From: the human T2T-CHM13v2.0 reference genome, Homo sapiens
Direction: 5' to 3' (one strand)
DNA length: 64,000 bases
Assembly: GCF_009914755.1 (NCBI RefSeq)
Contig: NC_060926.1
Numbering within the stretch: position 1 is the stretch's first letter; every line of letters begins with the position of its first letter. Below the pieces are notes generated by a model. The model was not told the DNA's origin. It saw only the letters and a list, made by a program, of their open reading frames with translations, and searched no databases. A program made the position numbers and the translations under genes. This document shows, in pieces, positions 1-13,596 of the stretch.

Positions 1-377
1 CAATACGTGTAAGGTGCATAGCCCTGAGCGTGGCACAGTGCAGCCTTAATCAGCGCCACTTTTCTCCCTCCACGCAATCCCTTTTCCAGGGAAATTGCAT
101 GGGTCGGAACGTTGAACAGCACTGGTAGGTCTGGAACAAACACTGCTCACCTCCAGACAGAGTGACCAGGCTAGGGCCTCAGGCTTGTACTGAAGCCTCC
201 TAACTTGACTGCCGGAGCAAAACTCTACTGGGATCAGGTCTGTGGAGGAAGCGCTTCTGATTTGGGTTCAAATTCCTTACTATCTATAGGGCAAGTGAGG
301 AGTAGAGGAGCAGAGTCCAGAACACGGTGGAGAGACCCAGTGTGATAAGGAAGGTCCCTGACACTCTGATGTCCGAA

Positions 378-379
<2 letters not shown>

Positions 380-423
<44 letters not shown>
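380..423. repeat. (TG)n microsatellite
   Basis: Uninterrupted GT dinucleotide run of ~22 units; source of the CVCV/HTHT ORFs. Confidence 0.98.
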
Positions 424-425
<2 letters not shown>

Positions 426-667
426 GTGGGGTCTGTTGTGTGCCCTCTGCTGACATTCTTACTTTCACGTCATCTGAGCCAGCCTGGGCAGGGTGGAATG
501 TATGCACTGGTTCCTGTTTAGACCCAAGCCAACTTTGTGCTCTGAGCCCCTCAGCACTCAGAAACTTGTGTTTTCCTGTCTGGAAGCCAGCCTTGTTTCT
601 TTACCCGGAGCGGCTAAGATGATTTTCCCTGTAAGCCTCCCTGCTAGCCGTAGATTTCACATCATCA

Positions 668-686
668 CAGCGACACCTAGTGGCCA
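668..686 (-). promoter_or_regulatory. CTCF-like motif (reverse orientation)
   Basis: Minus strand reads TGGCCACTAGGTGTCGCTG, close to the CTCF core consensus; lies in non-repeat sequence. Confidence 0.6.
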
Positions 687-1436
687 AGTGTGAAAGTCCA
701 TCCGGCCCCCCCTCCTCCATAGAGGCTCTGGAAGCCAGGGGAGGAGGAGTTTATGGATTCCAGACACTTCTGCACTTCACATACAGCTTCCAGGAGTCAG
801 AGCTCCCCACGTTGCCAACTCCGCACAGCTCAGCTCTTAATCACATCCTGTCCTGAGTTGCCCTCGGTTTCATGTGTAATCATTTAAAATCATTTTATCT
901 ACCCAATTATACCAAGGATATGAGGCTAGGGCTATTAGAATCACATCTCTTTAGAGTTGATGACCTACTTGTTTTTCAGATGGGAAATGCAGATGCCGAG
1001 GGGTGAGGGGAATTCCCAGCTGCTGAAAAGTGAGGTTTGGACAAGAACCCGCGTCTCCTGAGCACTCCCAGGGCGGGGCTTCCCGTGGCACCATGCCATT
1101 CCCTTGCATCATCCACAGTGCCTGCACACAGTAGGTGCCTGGCACACAGAAGGTCCCCTATAGACATGCCTGACTGATAGTTCATAGTCTTCTATGCTTG
1201 CCACTGAAGTGAGTTTCACTTGTTATCTGGGTCATCTCTTACTTCTCAGCCTCTTGGGAGTTCCGATCAATTAAAGTGGGCACTCTCTCCATAGTAGGCC
1301 ATTGTCTTTTTCATTTATAAAGCACACTGTAGATTCAGGAAAGACGAAATGAAGACGAGACACACAATTTAAAGTATCTCAATCCCAGCATCCGTTCAGA
1401 TCAAGTGGCTACAGTGGGCTTCGTAAGCTTCAGCTC

Positions 1437-1610
1437 AGCGCTTCTTAAACTTTCACATGCATCTAAATCTCCTGGGAATCTTGTTCCAACACATATTCTG
1501 GTTCCATCGGTCTGGGGTGGGACCTGAGATTCTCCATTTCTAACAAGTTCCTCGAGGCTGTTGAGGCTACCCTTGCTGCCAAAGCTGGGAAGTGCACTTT
1601 GAGGAGCAAA
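1437..1610. mobile_element. MER5-family hAT DNA transposon fragment
   Basis: cagcgcttcttaaactt...ggtctggggtgggacctgagattctccatttctaacaagttcc resembles MER5A/B. Confidence 0.7.
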
Positions 1611-1942
1611 GATGCAGATAACTACCTCCACCCCAGACAACTGCTTTTGAGAGAGCCCACCTCAGCCCCTGCTGCAGCCCCTCTGACCTGGCTTCAGGGG
1701 AAAAGAAAGGCACTAAAGCAACTGTGAGCACTGTGACCCCTCGGTGAGTCATCCCAAGTCTCTTTCCTCACCATATCCACTGTCCGGAAGCTCCTGCCCT
1801 CAGGCAGTCTGAAGGGAAGGCAAGATTGAAACTGAACAAAAATGGCACAGAAAAGGAGAGGTAGACTTGCTGCTGATGTGCCTCACAGTGTTCCTGAGGA
1901 ACAGCCCTGCTTGGTTGCCATTTTATAATTAGGTACTCATGA

Positions 1943-2441
<499 letters not shown>

Positions 2442-2469
2442 TAATGCTAAATTAAGAAAAGAAGGAAAT

Positions 2470-2935
2470 GGGAATTTATTGAGCCATTACTATATGACCA
2501 ATATTATGGTGAGTATCTCCATGCATGTTATTTAATCTTCACAATGCTCCTGTAAGGTGGTGTTATTACCTTATTTACAGATGCAGAAAACTGAAGCTCA
2601 GGGAGATTGGGTAAATTACCCAGGACCACACAGTAGGGATAGGAGCCCATATATATATTTGATTGAAAAGTTATTTTTAGTCAACAAATTCAATTCAAGA
2701 AATACAATGATAATAAATACTAGCATTTGCATTGTGTTTACCACGGATCAGACATTGCTCTAAGCATAATGCATTAATTCATGTAATCCTCACATCAATC
2801 TTATGAGGTAGGATCACCCCCATTTACAGATGAAGAAACTGAGTCACAGAAGGGGCAAATGACTGACCCAAGTCACACAGCTATTAATATGAAGTGATGG
2901 AACTGGGATGGCAATCCTGATGGCCTGGCTCCAGA
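2470..2935 (-). mobile_element. Tandem MIR fragments
   Basis: Two MIR core matches (ttacagatgcagaaaactgaagctcag; cccattttacagatgaagaaactgagtcacag-like). Confidence 0.75.
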
Positions 2936-3084
2936 GAGATAGTCTCAAACACTATTTCATATTGTCTATCAATTTCCTTCTAATTTCTTAATCTTATAGT
3001 TGAGTGGAAATTGCCTCTTCCCTTGTTGTTTCACCCTTTTCTTATTCAGTGTATACTGCACTGCCCTGAAAAATTTCTGCTTAC

Positions 3085-3215
3085 CATATTAGTAAGCATC
3101 TACAGTTCTGTTTTCCAACTAGGACTGCCTAGGGCTTTGGGCTCTCTTTGTATGCAGCAAAGGCTGGGGTCTTCCTGAAGAACCTGTTTCTCCATTAGCT
3201 GGAAGTTGAAGGAAT
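3085..3215 (-). ncRNA. Candidate non-coding exon (131 nt)
   Basis: Minus strand: cttcctaaactctttcag| ... ATG|GTAAGC; stops in all three frames. No expression evidence available. Confidence 0.35.
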
Positions 3216-5099
3216 CTGAAAGAGTTTAGGAAGTCATGAGCTTCTCCATCAGCTAGTCACCCTCTCCCACCTTGGCTGGCTGGCCTAAAGTCAGAGGACA
3301 AAAAGATGAGGCTCAAGGGCTGGCTGACAAACTGAGCCGGGCTGGCCCAGTAAGAGTCCACTCTACAGACATAATAAATGTTGGCTGTACACACAGGGCC
3401 CTTTCCCTACTACTGACAATGTTTTATCACTTTGTAATATTTTTTAACTCCAAATTTTCTATTTACCATACACACTTCTCAGTCTTGTTTTCCTACCTGA
3501 AGGATTCCAGAGGGTGAAAGTGGCTTCATATTTCTGTGTGCACAGGAGTTGCAGCTTTATAGATCTATCCCAGCTCTCCCTCTAGCTGTGCAACTGTGAG
3601 TGGGTTATTTGAACTTTTCTTGAACTTTGGATTCCTCACCTGTAAAGTGGGAATAATGAGAATCTACTTCGAAGGATTGCAGCATAGGAATAATAAATCT
3701 AAAGTGCCTTGCTTGTCATAGGCCCATAGAAGTAGCCATTGATTAATACAATTTATAAATACATTCCGAGTGAATGAATGATATGAATAAATATAAGAAG
3801 AAGTTGAGACAGCTAACCTGACTCCCCAAACCAACAACTTTCTTAAACATGGACATTTAGAATTTTTTTTTTTTTTTTTTTTTTTTTGGTGAGAACTGAG
3901 TAAAAAGACACGCTCACTTAAAGTTGTATGGGAAGAGTCCAAAGACAAACTTCCTCAATTTTTCTAGCTTTGCTAAGTTCAGGGCCTAGGCTGATCTTAG
4001 CAGCTAGGACAGGCCTCTCAAAAACTTCCTTTGTCTCAACTCTGACCCGGCTCCAAATTTAAACCCAAACCTTTCCACTCAAGACATCCAAAATGACTGG
4101 ATGTTTTTCTTTTTGGGGAGGCTAGGTGAGAGGAGTGTGTCATGTCATTGCTTTCTATGGACAGAACAAAATTACATATTTTGTTGTTGCTTTCGGAGAG
4201 AAAACTAAGTTATCAAAGGAACTTAAGGTACTGTGGTAATATGAGCGCACCCACTGATAAGCGTGAAAACTCTTTTGAAAACAAGAAACAAAGTCTGAAA
4301 GCAGAAAATAGTTTTTCTTGTCTCCAGGATGATAATAGACTTTAAAATAACATGGTTTTTTTATCGGTATTTTTTTTCTGCATGCTGTATCAAATGAAGG
4401 AGGATTTGTCTTAAAAACCAATTCATTTTTCAAATCAAGATGTGCCTGGTTTACTGATTATAGAATCCCTACTTAAAAAAAAAAGGATTGTGTTTGACTT
4501 GTAAAAATAAAATAAAATACAAATAACATCACCCATATGCTCAGTGTAATGGCACACGACTCTAAGTTTGAAAACTTCTACGCTTGGGTTTCTAATGTGA
4601 TTACAATGGGTTGTAAAGTGGGTGAGAGAAACTCGTTTCCCAGGTTAGGATGTCTATTTACCACCTACTGGAATCTATGACAGTTTGGAGTAAGACAATA
4701 AAAGGCTAGAAGGAAATGAGTACTGTTGACTCATGAATCCATGCACTCTGCACTAATTACAATGCCTCAGTTTCCCTATTTTATAAAATGAGGCTGTCAC
4801 TTGCCCGCCTCTCTGTAGTGTTTAGAAAGTCCAGGGAGATAATAGACTTTGAGTGCTTTGAAAATACAGAATATATTATAAGTGCTAAATAATAACAATA
4901 ATAATGGGGAGTCTTTAATAACAGGGGTCCTTTAATAATACTCATCAAGTATAATAACATCACTAACCAGAGTGCGTCTCTGTGCTCTTAATCATTGGTT
5001 TGTCTCATGGGAAATTGGTGGAGGATTGACGCCTCGTACGAGTTGGTTTTGATGGATTTAACACAGAGCCCCTCAGTGAGGCTTGCACTGGACTCTCCA

Positions 5100-5980
5100 A
5101 AGAGCAGGGTAGCTTTTAGGAAGACAACGCCCGTGCAATTGGGAGAGGACAGAACCGAGGTATCTTCAGGGAACGTGATTTTAAAATCCAGTTCCTAGCA
5201 GGTTGGGGAAAGAAGGAAAGGTACGTTTGGAACCCAAGAAAGTTGTGGGCATGCGGATCTGGCCGTTGGGCCAGTGTGGCCACCCAGTCCTGCCACAAGA
5301 TGGCGACAGTCCAGCTGGAAACGCCTGCCGGGGTCCCTCGGTTTCCAGCTCCGGAAGGACTGCCCCCGCCGACACAAAGAAGGAATCTTCCGAACGGGAA
5401 AGGAGCGTGCGGTCGCCCTCCCGGCGGAGATTGGAAGAGGTGCTGACAAAGGCTGCCTGGAGAAGTGGGCAGCCTCCTTCTCAATTCCATGGGCTTCAGC
5501 TTCATGCAGCTGATTCCCCTTTGCAGGGATTTTGTGCAAAAGCACCCGAGAAATTCCAGGTTTGACCCCACCCTCTGCCCAGAGGCCGGCCAGATGCTTC
5601 CCGGGGCGGTGACATTCCCAGGATTCCGGCAGGGGGAGTGGGAGCTTCCCGGGGCGGGGCGCGGCCAGGCTGAGCCCGGCCATGCGCCCTCCCCTCCCTC
5701 CCCGGCCGGCGCCCCCGGCTGGGCAGGGCGAACCCCACCAGCCCCACCCCTGGAGCCCTGGAGCCTTTGGGGTTCAGGACCATGGACCTGAACACCCGAG
5801 ACCGCAGCGCTCCGAGGCCCTGAGTCCCAGTGGCAACTACAAAGGCGCTTCCTCCTCTCCTGCCGCACAGTTTGCCTGGGGAAAGATCTAGAGGTTGTCT
5901 GTGGCTTGGGGGCCGGAGTTCTCTTTGTCTTATTTTTGTTTCGTTTTGAACATGAGGAACCACCACACCCGCGTTTGTTT
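5100..5980. promoter_or_regulatory. CpG-island-like promoter
   Basis: Only CpG-dense non-Alu stretch in the window; GC box GGGGCGGGGC at 5651-5660, ETS-like CCGGAAG near 5351, + strand donor AAG|GTACGT at 5220/5221. Confidence 0.75.
5291..5308 (+). promoter_or_regulatory. Overlapping CTCF / YY1 motif
   Basis: TGCCACAAGATGGCGACA fits the CTCF core and contains the YY1 core AAGATGGCG. Confidence 0.6.
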
Positions 5981-6301
5981 CATTCAGGCTGGTGCAAACT
6001 TGCTTTGGAACAAAGTGTTAGGAAACACAGATTCCCATCTAGAGGTTCCAAATGCAGTTTATGAGACCATACTGGGCTGCAGCCCTGGGCCCTGGCCAGA
6101 CTGGCCTCCATTGTTCAACTCTTGGCCGGACTATCGCAGCCCTGGGCAGATCCTTGCTCCTCCAGCCCGGGTCTTGGCTAGCACCCGGGATAGGAGAGGG
6201 AAGCCCAGAAGAGCGGGGTCACTGGCCCCAGCCTGGGCTTAGCGGGCTCTTATCTGCCCTCCCTTCTGGGCTGTGGGGTAAGAATAATAGTAGCAAAGAT
6301 C

Positions 6302-6899
<598 letters not shown>

Positions 6900-7404
6900 G
6901 TAGCAAAGACCATGGGTTGAACATGCCAGATACGATTACCTTATTTAAGCTTCGTACCACTGCTATCTCCCTTTTACAGATGAAACAACCAAGGCTTCAG
7001 ATGTTGAGTAGCCCAAGGCCATACAACTCTTAAATAGTGGGGCTGGGATTTGAATCCAGATCTGCTTTTCTCCAAAGCACCAAGCTGTGCTTGGTACCTC
7101 CTTATGTAGTTCCTACATCCCCAGTGTGAGACAACTGGGTTATATAAAGAAATACTGGGTGCAGTGGGGTGCTTAAACATCAACATGGGCTTTTAAATGT
7201 GGGCCGGAGAACTGGGCTAGTCTAGTCTGCCTTCTTTCCTTCCTTCAACAAATGTTTATGAGTGCATGCTGTATACCAAGGGCTTATCTAGACATTGAGA
7301 AATCCTAGGAAGCAAAACAGACCACACTTACTAAGCTATGTGACCTGAGCAAATCACCAAATGTGCTAGTTATTAAGCAATTGACTTTCACACCAACTTG
7401 CCTT

Positions 7405-8130
7405 CTGTATGTGGCTTTGAGATGGTGCATCTAAGACTCTGCAAACCACATTTCTCCTTTGCCGCTAGTCCCTGTGAAGCTCTGCCAGGGTGCTAGATAG
7501 AGGGAGACTCAAGGAAGGAGAGGAAGAGGACACTCTTATTTCTGTTGCCTTGCTATCCCTGTCAGCTTCACCCTAGCATCAGCAGTAGGTTCTGGCCTCC
7601 GGTTTTCTTCAGCACTCCCTGTCCAGTGTTGTCATGTCATCATGCCCCCTCAAATGTTTCAGCACCGGGAGGAGCAGCCACCCCTCCTCTCCAGTCTGAG
7701 CCCAGGCTCTGGGGTCCCCTCCTCTGATCTCCTAGGTTTTCATAGCCTAACCTTTTCCCCTTTGTTTCCCAGCCCTGGTGTGGTAGCTGCTTTCTACAGG
7801 GACTATCTCTGTGTTACCACAATGTTCACTGTTTTCCAGCCCTTCAATATCTATAACGAGTGGTATGCTTGTAAATATTTAACAACCAATTCTCTAGAAA
7901 AACAAAAACCACAAAGAAACCAATTTGTAATGTGTGCCAATTCCCATAATATAAATCATTCACCATGGATAGTTTTAAATTATCAACATGGCATCCCTGA
8001 ATTTCACAAGCTGGTGTGAGCAGATCCAGGATACAAATGCTGGCAACCAATATCCCCTATATTAAAATGTCTGTGTTGAAGTACCTAGTTTCATTTCTGT
8101 TTTCAGGACTGGGCCCTGATTGATAACACC
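7405..8130. mobile_element. ERVL LTR (LTR33-like) with an internal MER63-like insertion
   Basis: Resemblance to remembered LTR33 text; insertion ~7850-8050 containing ttaacaaccaattctc. Subfamilies uncertain. Confidence 0.45.
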
Positions 8131-9653
8131 TCAGCTTCTGAGCATCTATTTTTGGGCTCTGAAATGGAATTACTACCATTTCTTCTAATAGAGCTGTTTG
8201 GATAATATGAAACAATATAAGTAAAACACTCTGAAAATTACTTTTAAAAATTTGAGACCATAACATAGTTTCTAGACGTTTCCACTGAAGGAAGTGAAGT
8301 CAGGATGATGAAAGTAGGCAAAGCATTTTAATGATGGCTCACAGAGGTGTTCCAGGTGCTTTTAGAACCCAGGATGACCTCAGAGCATGGGTGGAGCCTG
8401 ATGACTCAGAATCAGAGAGGCAGTCATATCAGTGACTGGATTATGATGTCACAAGGCGTGTGTGTGGATACTTTGTTCTTCAAGGATTCTGAGACTGAAT
8501 ATTGTGCAAACCAAGAAAGCACATAAACCCAAAGGGCAAACAATTTATGTAATTCAACTAATACCACAGATGTGGGGCAGGGTTGAACTTTTACATGAAA
8601 ATCTACTCAGTTGTACAAAGGAAATAAAACTGTAGTTTTCCATAACTGGCTAAACTTTTCCCTCAAGATGTCAACCCACTGAGCACCTTGAGAAGGAAAC
8701 AGTCTTTAAACTTGCAAAATCACTAGGATCTCCATTTCTGCCATTTAAGTAACCTCTTTGGAATGACTTAGAGTGTGCGCCAATGCTCAGTCTTCCCAAT
8801 CTCCTCTCCCTGCTCCTTTCCAGGGTCACATTCTAGGGTATGTGGGAGTGTATATGATCTTATGGCACAGGGAGGAGGCCTCAGATTCACATGTCCTCTG
8901 CCTTCTCCCTCTTCTCTTGCCTGATCATCTAGTTTTTTGTCTCTTCCTGACACAAATACCGGATTCTCAGACATGTCTTTCTGATGTAAAAGCAAAACAA
9001 AACAAAACAACACTACATGCTGAGGCTTCTTAATCCTGACCCCAGATTTTGGCTATCTGGTCAGGCCTCAACCCCTTCATGTCATCCAAATAGGACACTT
9101 GGGAACTTTCAGGTACTCTGTACACTACACGTAGGCTATAGGGACCCAGGGATGCTGCCTCTGCTGCTTCTGCCTTCTTTGAGACTACCCGTCACTGCCC
9201 CTCACTGTTGGGTGTAGTGAAGCTAAAAGCTAGGCTCCTCCTAGAAGCCTGTGGACTCCCCAGACCATGCCTGGGAATGGAGCCACCACATCCAGTTAAC
9301 CTGGGCTCCCTGATGCCCAGCTGGGTATCTCTACACCTTCGTCTCCTTGAGGTTCAGCAAGGGAAGGCTGGCTAGAACCCTGGCAGTGGCATCTAACCAA
9401 CTCTGTCTTCTTCTGGATCTGCCTATGTTTTCCTTTCTCATGCTTTTACCTCTTCAGAATGAACAACCCTCACCATAGCCTCCTTCCTCCTGGGGGCACC
9501 AGGCTTCCTGGCTAAATGGCTAAGAAGAATCCTCTTTATGCTGTGGAAGAAGCTTTGGTCTGAGTTGATATGGGAGCCTCAGTAAAACTGGGCATTATGA
9601 GTTACTGAGGATAAAAATACATTGGGTTAGTACTCTCAAACTATTGCCCCCTT

Positions 9654-9889
9654 TATATATATATCTATATACACACACATATATATACACACATACATAC
9701 ACATATATTCAATATATTTTATATTCAATATATATTGAATATTATATTCAATAATATAAGTTGATTGTTATATTCAACTATATATATAGTTGCCTTCAAC
9801 TATATATATTTGTTATATTCAATTATATATATCAACTATATGGTTGCCTTCAACTATATATATATATATAGTTGAATATAACAATCAAC
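9654..9889. repeat. AT-rich microsatellite with nested inverted repeats
   Basis: (TA)n/(CA)n mosaic; 9760-9789 is the reverse complement of 9860-9889. Confidence 0.9.
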
Positions 9890-11155
9890 AAAGACAAAAT
9901 ATAGTAATAGTTCTGGCCAAGAAAATTTATTTTTATAGTTAAAAAAAGATCCTTGGTTCCCCTGCTTACTGAAGTTATGCATACTTCTGGTAAAACAAGT
10001 GAACAAACAATCTACAATATGTTTCTAAATGTCCAACGAAGGGAAGAGAGCACCTCTGTTCTCCTGGTTTGGCCAAGGGCTACTGCTCATAAAACATCCT
10101 AGTTCACAAAAAGCTTGTTTAAAAAAACTTCCTTTATAAGGTGCCAGCGTCTGTTCAGGGACTAGCTAGTCATTGTCCTTTCTAAGCCACTGGGAATCTC
10201 TTCCTTTCGAGAGTCAGAAAGAATATTTTCTCTTGAGTTTGGAGACTATAAGCTAGAAAAGAAGAATGAGGCCCGGGGACCAGGTTGGAAGGTGGAATGG
10301 ATATGAGGAGTAGGAGAAGTCATGGATGCAAAGTGCAATAGAAAATTGTTTCTGGGGCCAATCTAGATTGAATTTCCAACTGGGCTTCTGCCATACCTTC
10401 CTTTATGAGTACACATGCACTCTGGTTTGTTTGGATATGTTCTACAGCATTTGATGATGTTTATAGAATGAGATGGGGATACAAGCATGGTGGTGTCCCT
10501 TCTCAGTTACAAAGTGCTGGAAGTAGGATGCTCTGCTGAGCCCCAATAGAATACAAGTATTTTCCTGAGTGCCATATGCTTTCTCTTCCATTTTCCTATA
10601 TGATCTTCCAAACAGTCCCATGTGGTGGGAAACCCCATTTAATAAATGAGGAAATGAAAGCCCATGGCAGTTAAAATGACACAAAGTAGAACTGGGACCA
10701 CACTCAGGTCTCCTAATCCTCAACCCAGGGCTCTTTTCTCTATGCCAAGTTGCCCTACAATGCCAGTGCAGAAGAGCCAACTGACTTTTCCTTCAATCTC
10801 TTCCCAAGGCTGAGTTCCATATGAGAGCTGAGGTTTGCCAACCTGTTTTGCTCTGCTCAAAAGTGATGGAAATAGCATAGAAATCACAGTGTGCAAATAT
10901 CCAAGTTGGCCTTTTTGAGTTGTTCCCCATCCAGAAAGGCAAAGTATTGATCACAGAGGAACCTGAACAGGAGAACAAGAGAGTACATGCTCCATTTGGT
11001 GGGTTAGCAGATTGTGAGTGCAAGAGTTAGGGAAAAGAGAAGATAAAGAACAGAACAGCCAATGACTGAAGACAGGATTCCTGGGATATCGGTGTTCAAT
11101 GGACAACTTGAAGGTCAAACCCAGGCAGCTGTAAGTGAATAAGTAGGTGACTTTG

Positions 11156-11669
11156 CAGTACCCCCGTCTGCATTCCCAACTCAGAGAGGAAAAACTGTTC
11201 CTCTACCCTCTTATGTCCAGTTTTGGGGGGCCTGCAAATTAGACAGATGATAGATTAGCAAGAAAAGACAGATTTTAATTATGTATATATGAAAGGGAGT
11301 TCACAAAGAAATGTGACTCAAAAAGGCAGTTAGAATTCGAGGTTTAAATATATCTTAATAGGTAAAGGAGAGTGAGTAAAAGAGTGCTTATGGGAAAGCA
11401 AATGACTTTTAGGAAAGCTAAATGGATGCTTAGCAGAATAAATGGGAGCTATAATACGTTTGTGACAATGACTGTTGGTGTGGTGCCTACTTCTCATTGT
11501 CTGATTTCTCATTGTCTCTGATGATAAAAGTCATTCTTCCCTGGTTGATTTATGACAATTGAGGTCTATTCAAAAGTCCTGCTTTTAGGCAGTTAAGGGA
11601 TCTCAGGAACTCAAATGCTTTCAGCTCAAAATATTTTTATGCCACAGTGGCTTATCCTAAACACCTTCA
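11156..11669 (-). mobile_element. MER34-family ERV1 solo LTR
   Basis: Minus strand begins tgaaggtgtttaggataagccactgtggcataaaaatattttgagctgaaagcatttgag, typical of the MER34 5' end. Confidence 0.65.
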
Positions 11670-11910
11670 CTACCTTCTACCTCGCACTGAACTCACAGTC
11701 TATTTCCTCCAAGGAGGAAATTTGCGCTTTTTATATTATATGTATTATTTGTAATTAAAAGTCTTGATAAACTTTTTTAGTAGCCAAAGGTGTGAATCAG
11801 TAATTACCAGAAAACGATTTCAATTTCCTCTCAAATCACTTCTACCTCAACTTCTTATTGGGAAAGTAGGAAGGTATATATTAAAATATTTTTTTAAAAA
11901 TCTAGTAGTA

Positions 11911-12227
<317 letters not shown>

Positions 12228-12462
12228 TTATAAGTTCATTCCTGGAGCTAATTATGAAGTTAATACGGGAGTAGGGGTGGACTGGGGTGGGGTGGAGTTC
12301 ATAGTTCAGCGGACTGAGATTTCTGTTTCCATAGAGCTGTAGTTCTGGGCTAGCAACATCAACTATCAGAATCACCTGGGGGCTTGCTAGAAATGCAAAT
12401 TATCAAGCCCCACCCCTAACCCTAGTAAATAAGAAACTCTGGAGATGGAGCTCATCATTCTG

Positions 12463-12787
12463 TTTTTGTTTGTTTGTTTTTGAGACAGACTCTTGCTCTG
12501 TCACCCAGGCTGGAGTGCAGTGGCGCAGTCTGGGCTCACGCAACTTCTACTTCCCTGGCTCAAGACATCCTCTCACCTCACTAGCCCCCTGCCTCCGGCT
12601 TCCCTGACCAACCCGGGGAGCTGGAACTACATGAGTGCACCACCACACCCAGCTAATTTTTGTATTTTTTGTAGAGACAGGTTCTTGCCAAGTTGCCAGG
12701 CTGGTCTCAAACTCCTGGGCTCAAGCGATCCACCCACGTCAGCCTCCAAAAGTGCTGGGATTACAGGTGTGAGCCACTGTGCCTGGA
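12463..12787 (-). mobile_element. AluJ inserted in a MER5 element
   Basis: Alu dimer; flanks 12330-12460 and 12790-13010 are MER5-like. Confidence 0.9.
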
Positions 12788-13061
12788 CACATAATTCTGT
12801 TTTAACGAGCCCACCAGGTCATTCTGTTGCTCCCTCATATGGTTTAGTCTGGGCTGCACGTTATCATCACTTGGTTATGTTTTAAAATTGCTCATGTCTA
12901 GACCCTATCCTAGATCGTCTACATCAGAACTTCTAAGCCTGAGGCCAAGGTGTCTCCATTTTTACAGTTCCCAGGTGGTTCCAATGTGCAGCCAAGGACA
13001 AGAACCACTGCCACAGAGATTGCTGATGACTATGGGGGATGGCTCCAAAAAGTGGTAGTAT

Positions 13062-13596
13062 TGTGAGAGGCGTTTGAACCAGAGCAACTCCATCTTGAAT
13101 AGGAGGCGGGTAAAATAAGGCTGAAACCTACTGGGCTGCATTCCCAGAGGGTTAAGGCATTCTAAGTCACAGAATGAGATACGAGGTCAGCACAAGATAC
13201 AGGTCATAAAGACCTTGCTGATAAAACAGGTTGCAGCAAAGAAGCCGGCTAAAACCCACCAAAACCAAAATGGCCATGAGAGTGACCTTTGGCTGTCCTC
13301 ACTGCTACACTCCCACCAGTGCCATGGCATTTGCCAACATCAGGGAGTTACCCTATGTGGTCTAAAAAGAGGAGGCAGGAATAATCCACCCCTTATTTAG
13401 CATATAATCAAGAAATAACCATAAAAATGGGCAACCAGCAGCCCTCAGGGCTCTATTGAGTAGCTATTCTTTTGTTCCTTTACTTTCCTAATAAACTTGC
13501 TTTCCTTTTAGTCTATGGACTCGCCCTGAATTCTTTCTTGTGGGAGATCCAAGGACCCTCTGTTGGGGTCTGGATCAAGATCCCTTTCCTGTAACA
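13062..13596 (+). mobile_element. MER41A solo LTR (ERV1)
   Basis: TGTGAGAGGCGTTTGAACCAGAGCAACTCCATCTTGAATAGG ... CCCTTTCCTGTAACA with 4-bp TSD GTAT; lacks the MER41B GAS-containing segment. Confidence 0.9.

Noticed and set aside
3863-3887. Isolated T25 run as a retro-insertion tail
   Set aside because: No adjacent element body or TSD; treated as a simple homopolymer.
4142-4345. 67-aa ORF MSLLSMDRTK...
   Set aside because: Short, no recognisable motif, no convincing splice partners.
5116-5868. 250-aa minus-strand ORF and overlapping ORFs across the CpG island
   Set aside because: Pro/Gly/Arg/Ala-rich, open in several frames on both strands, no recognisable domain; typical stop-codon depletion in GC-rich DNA.
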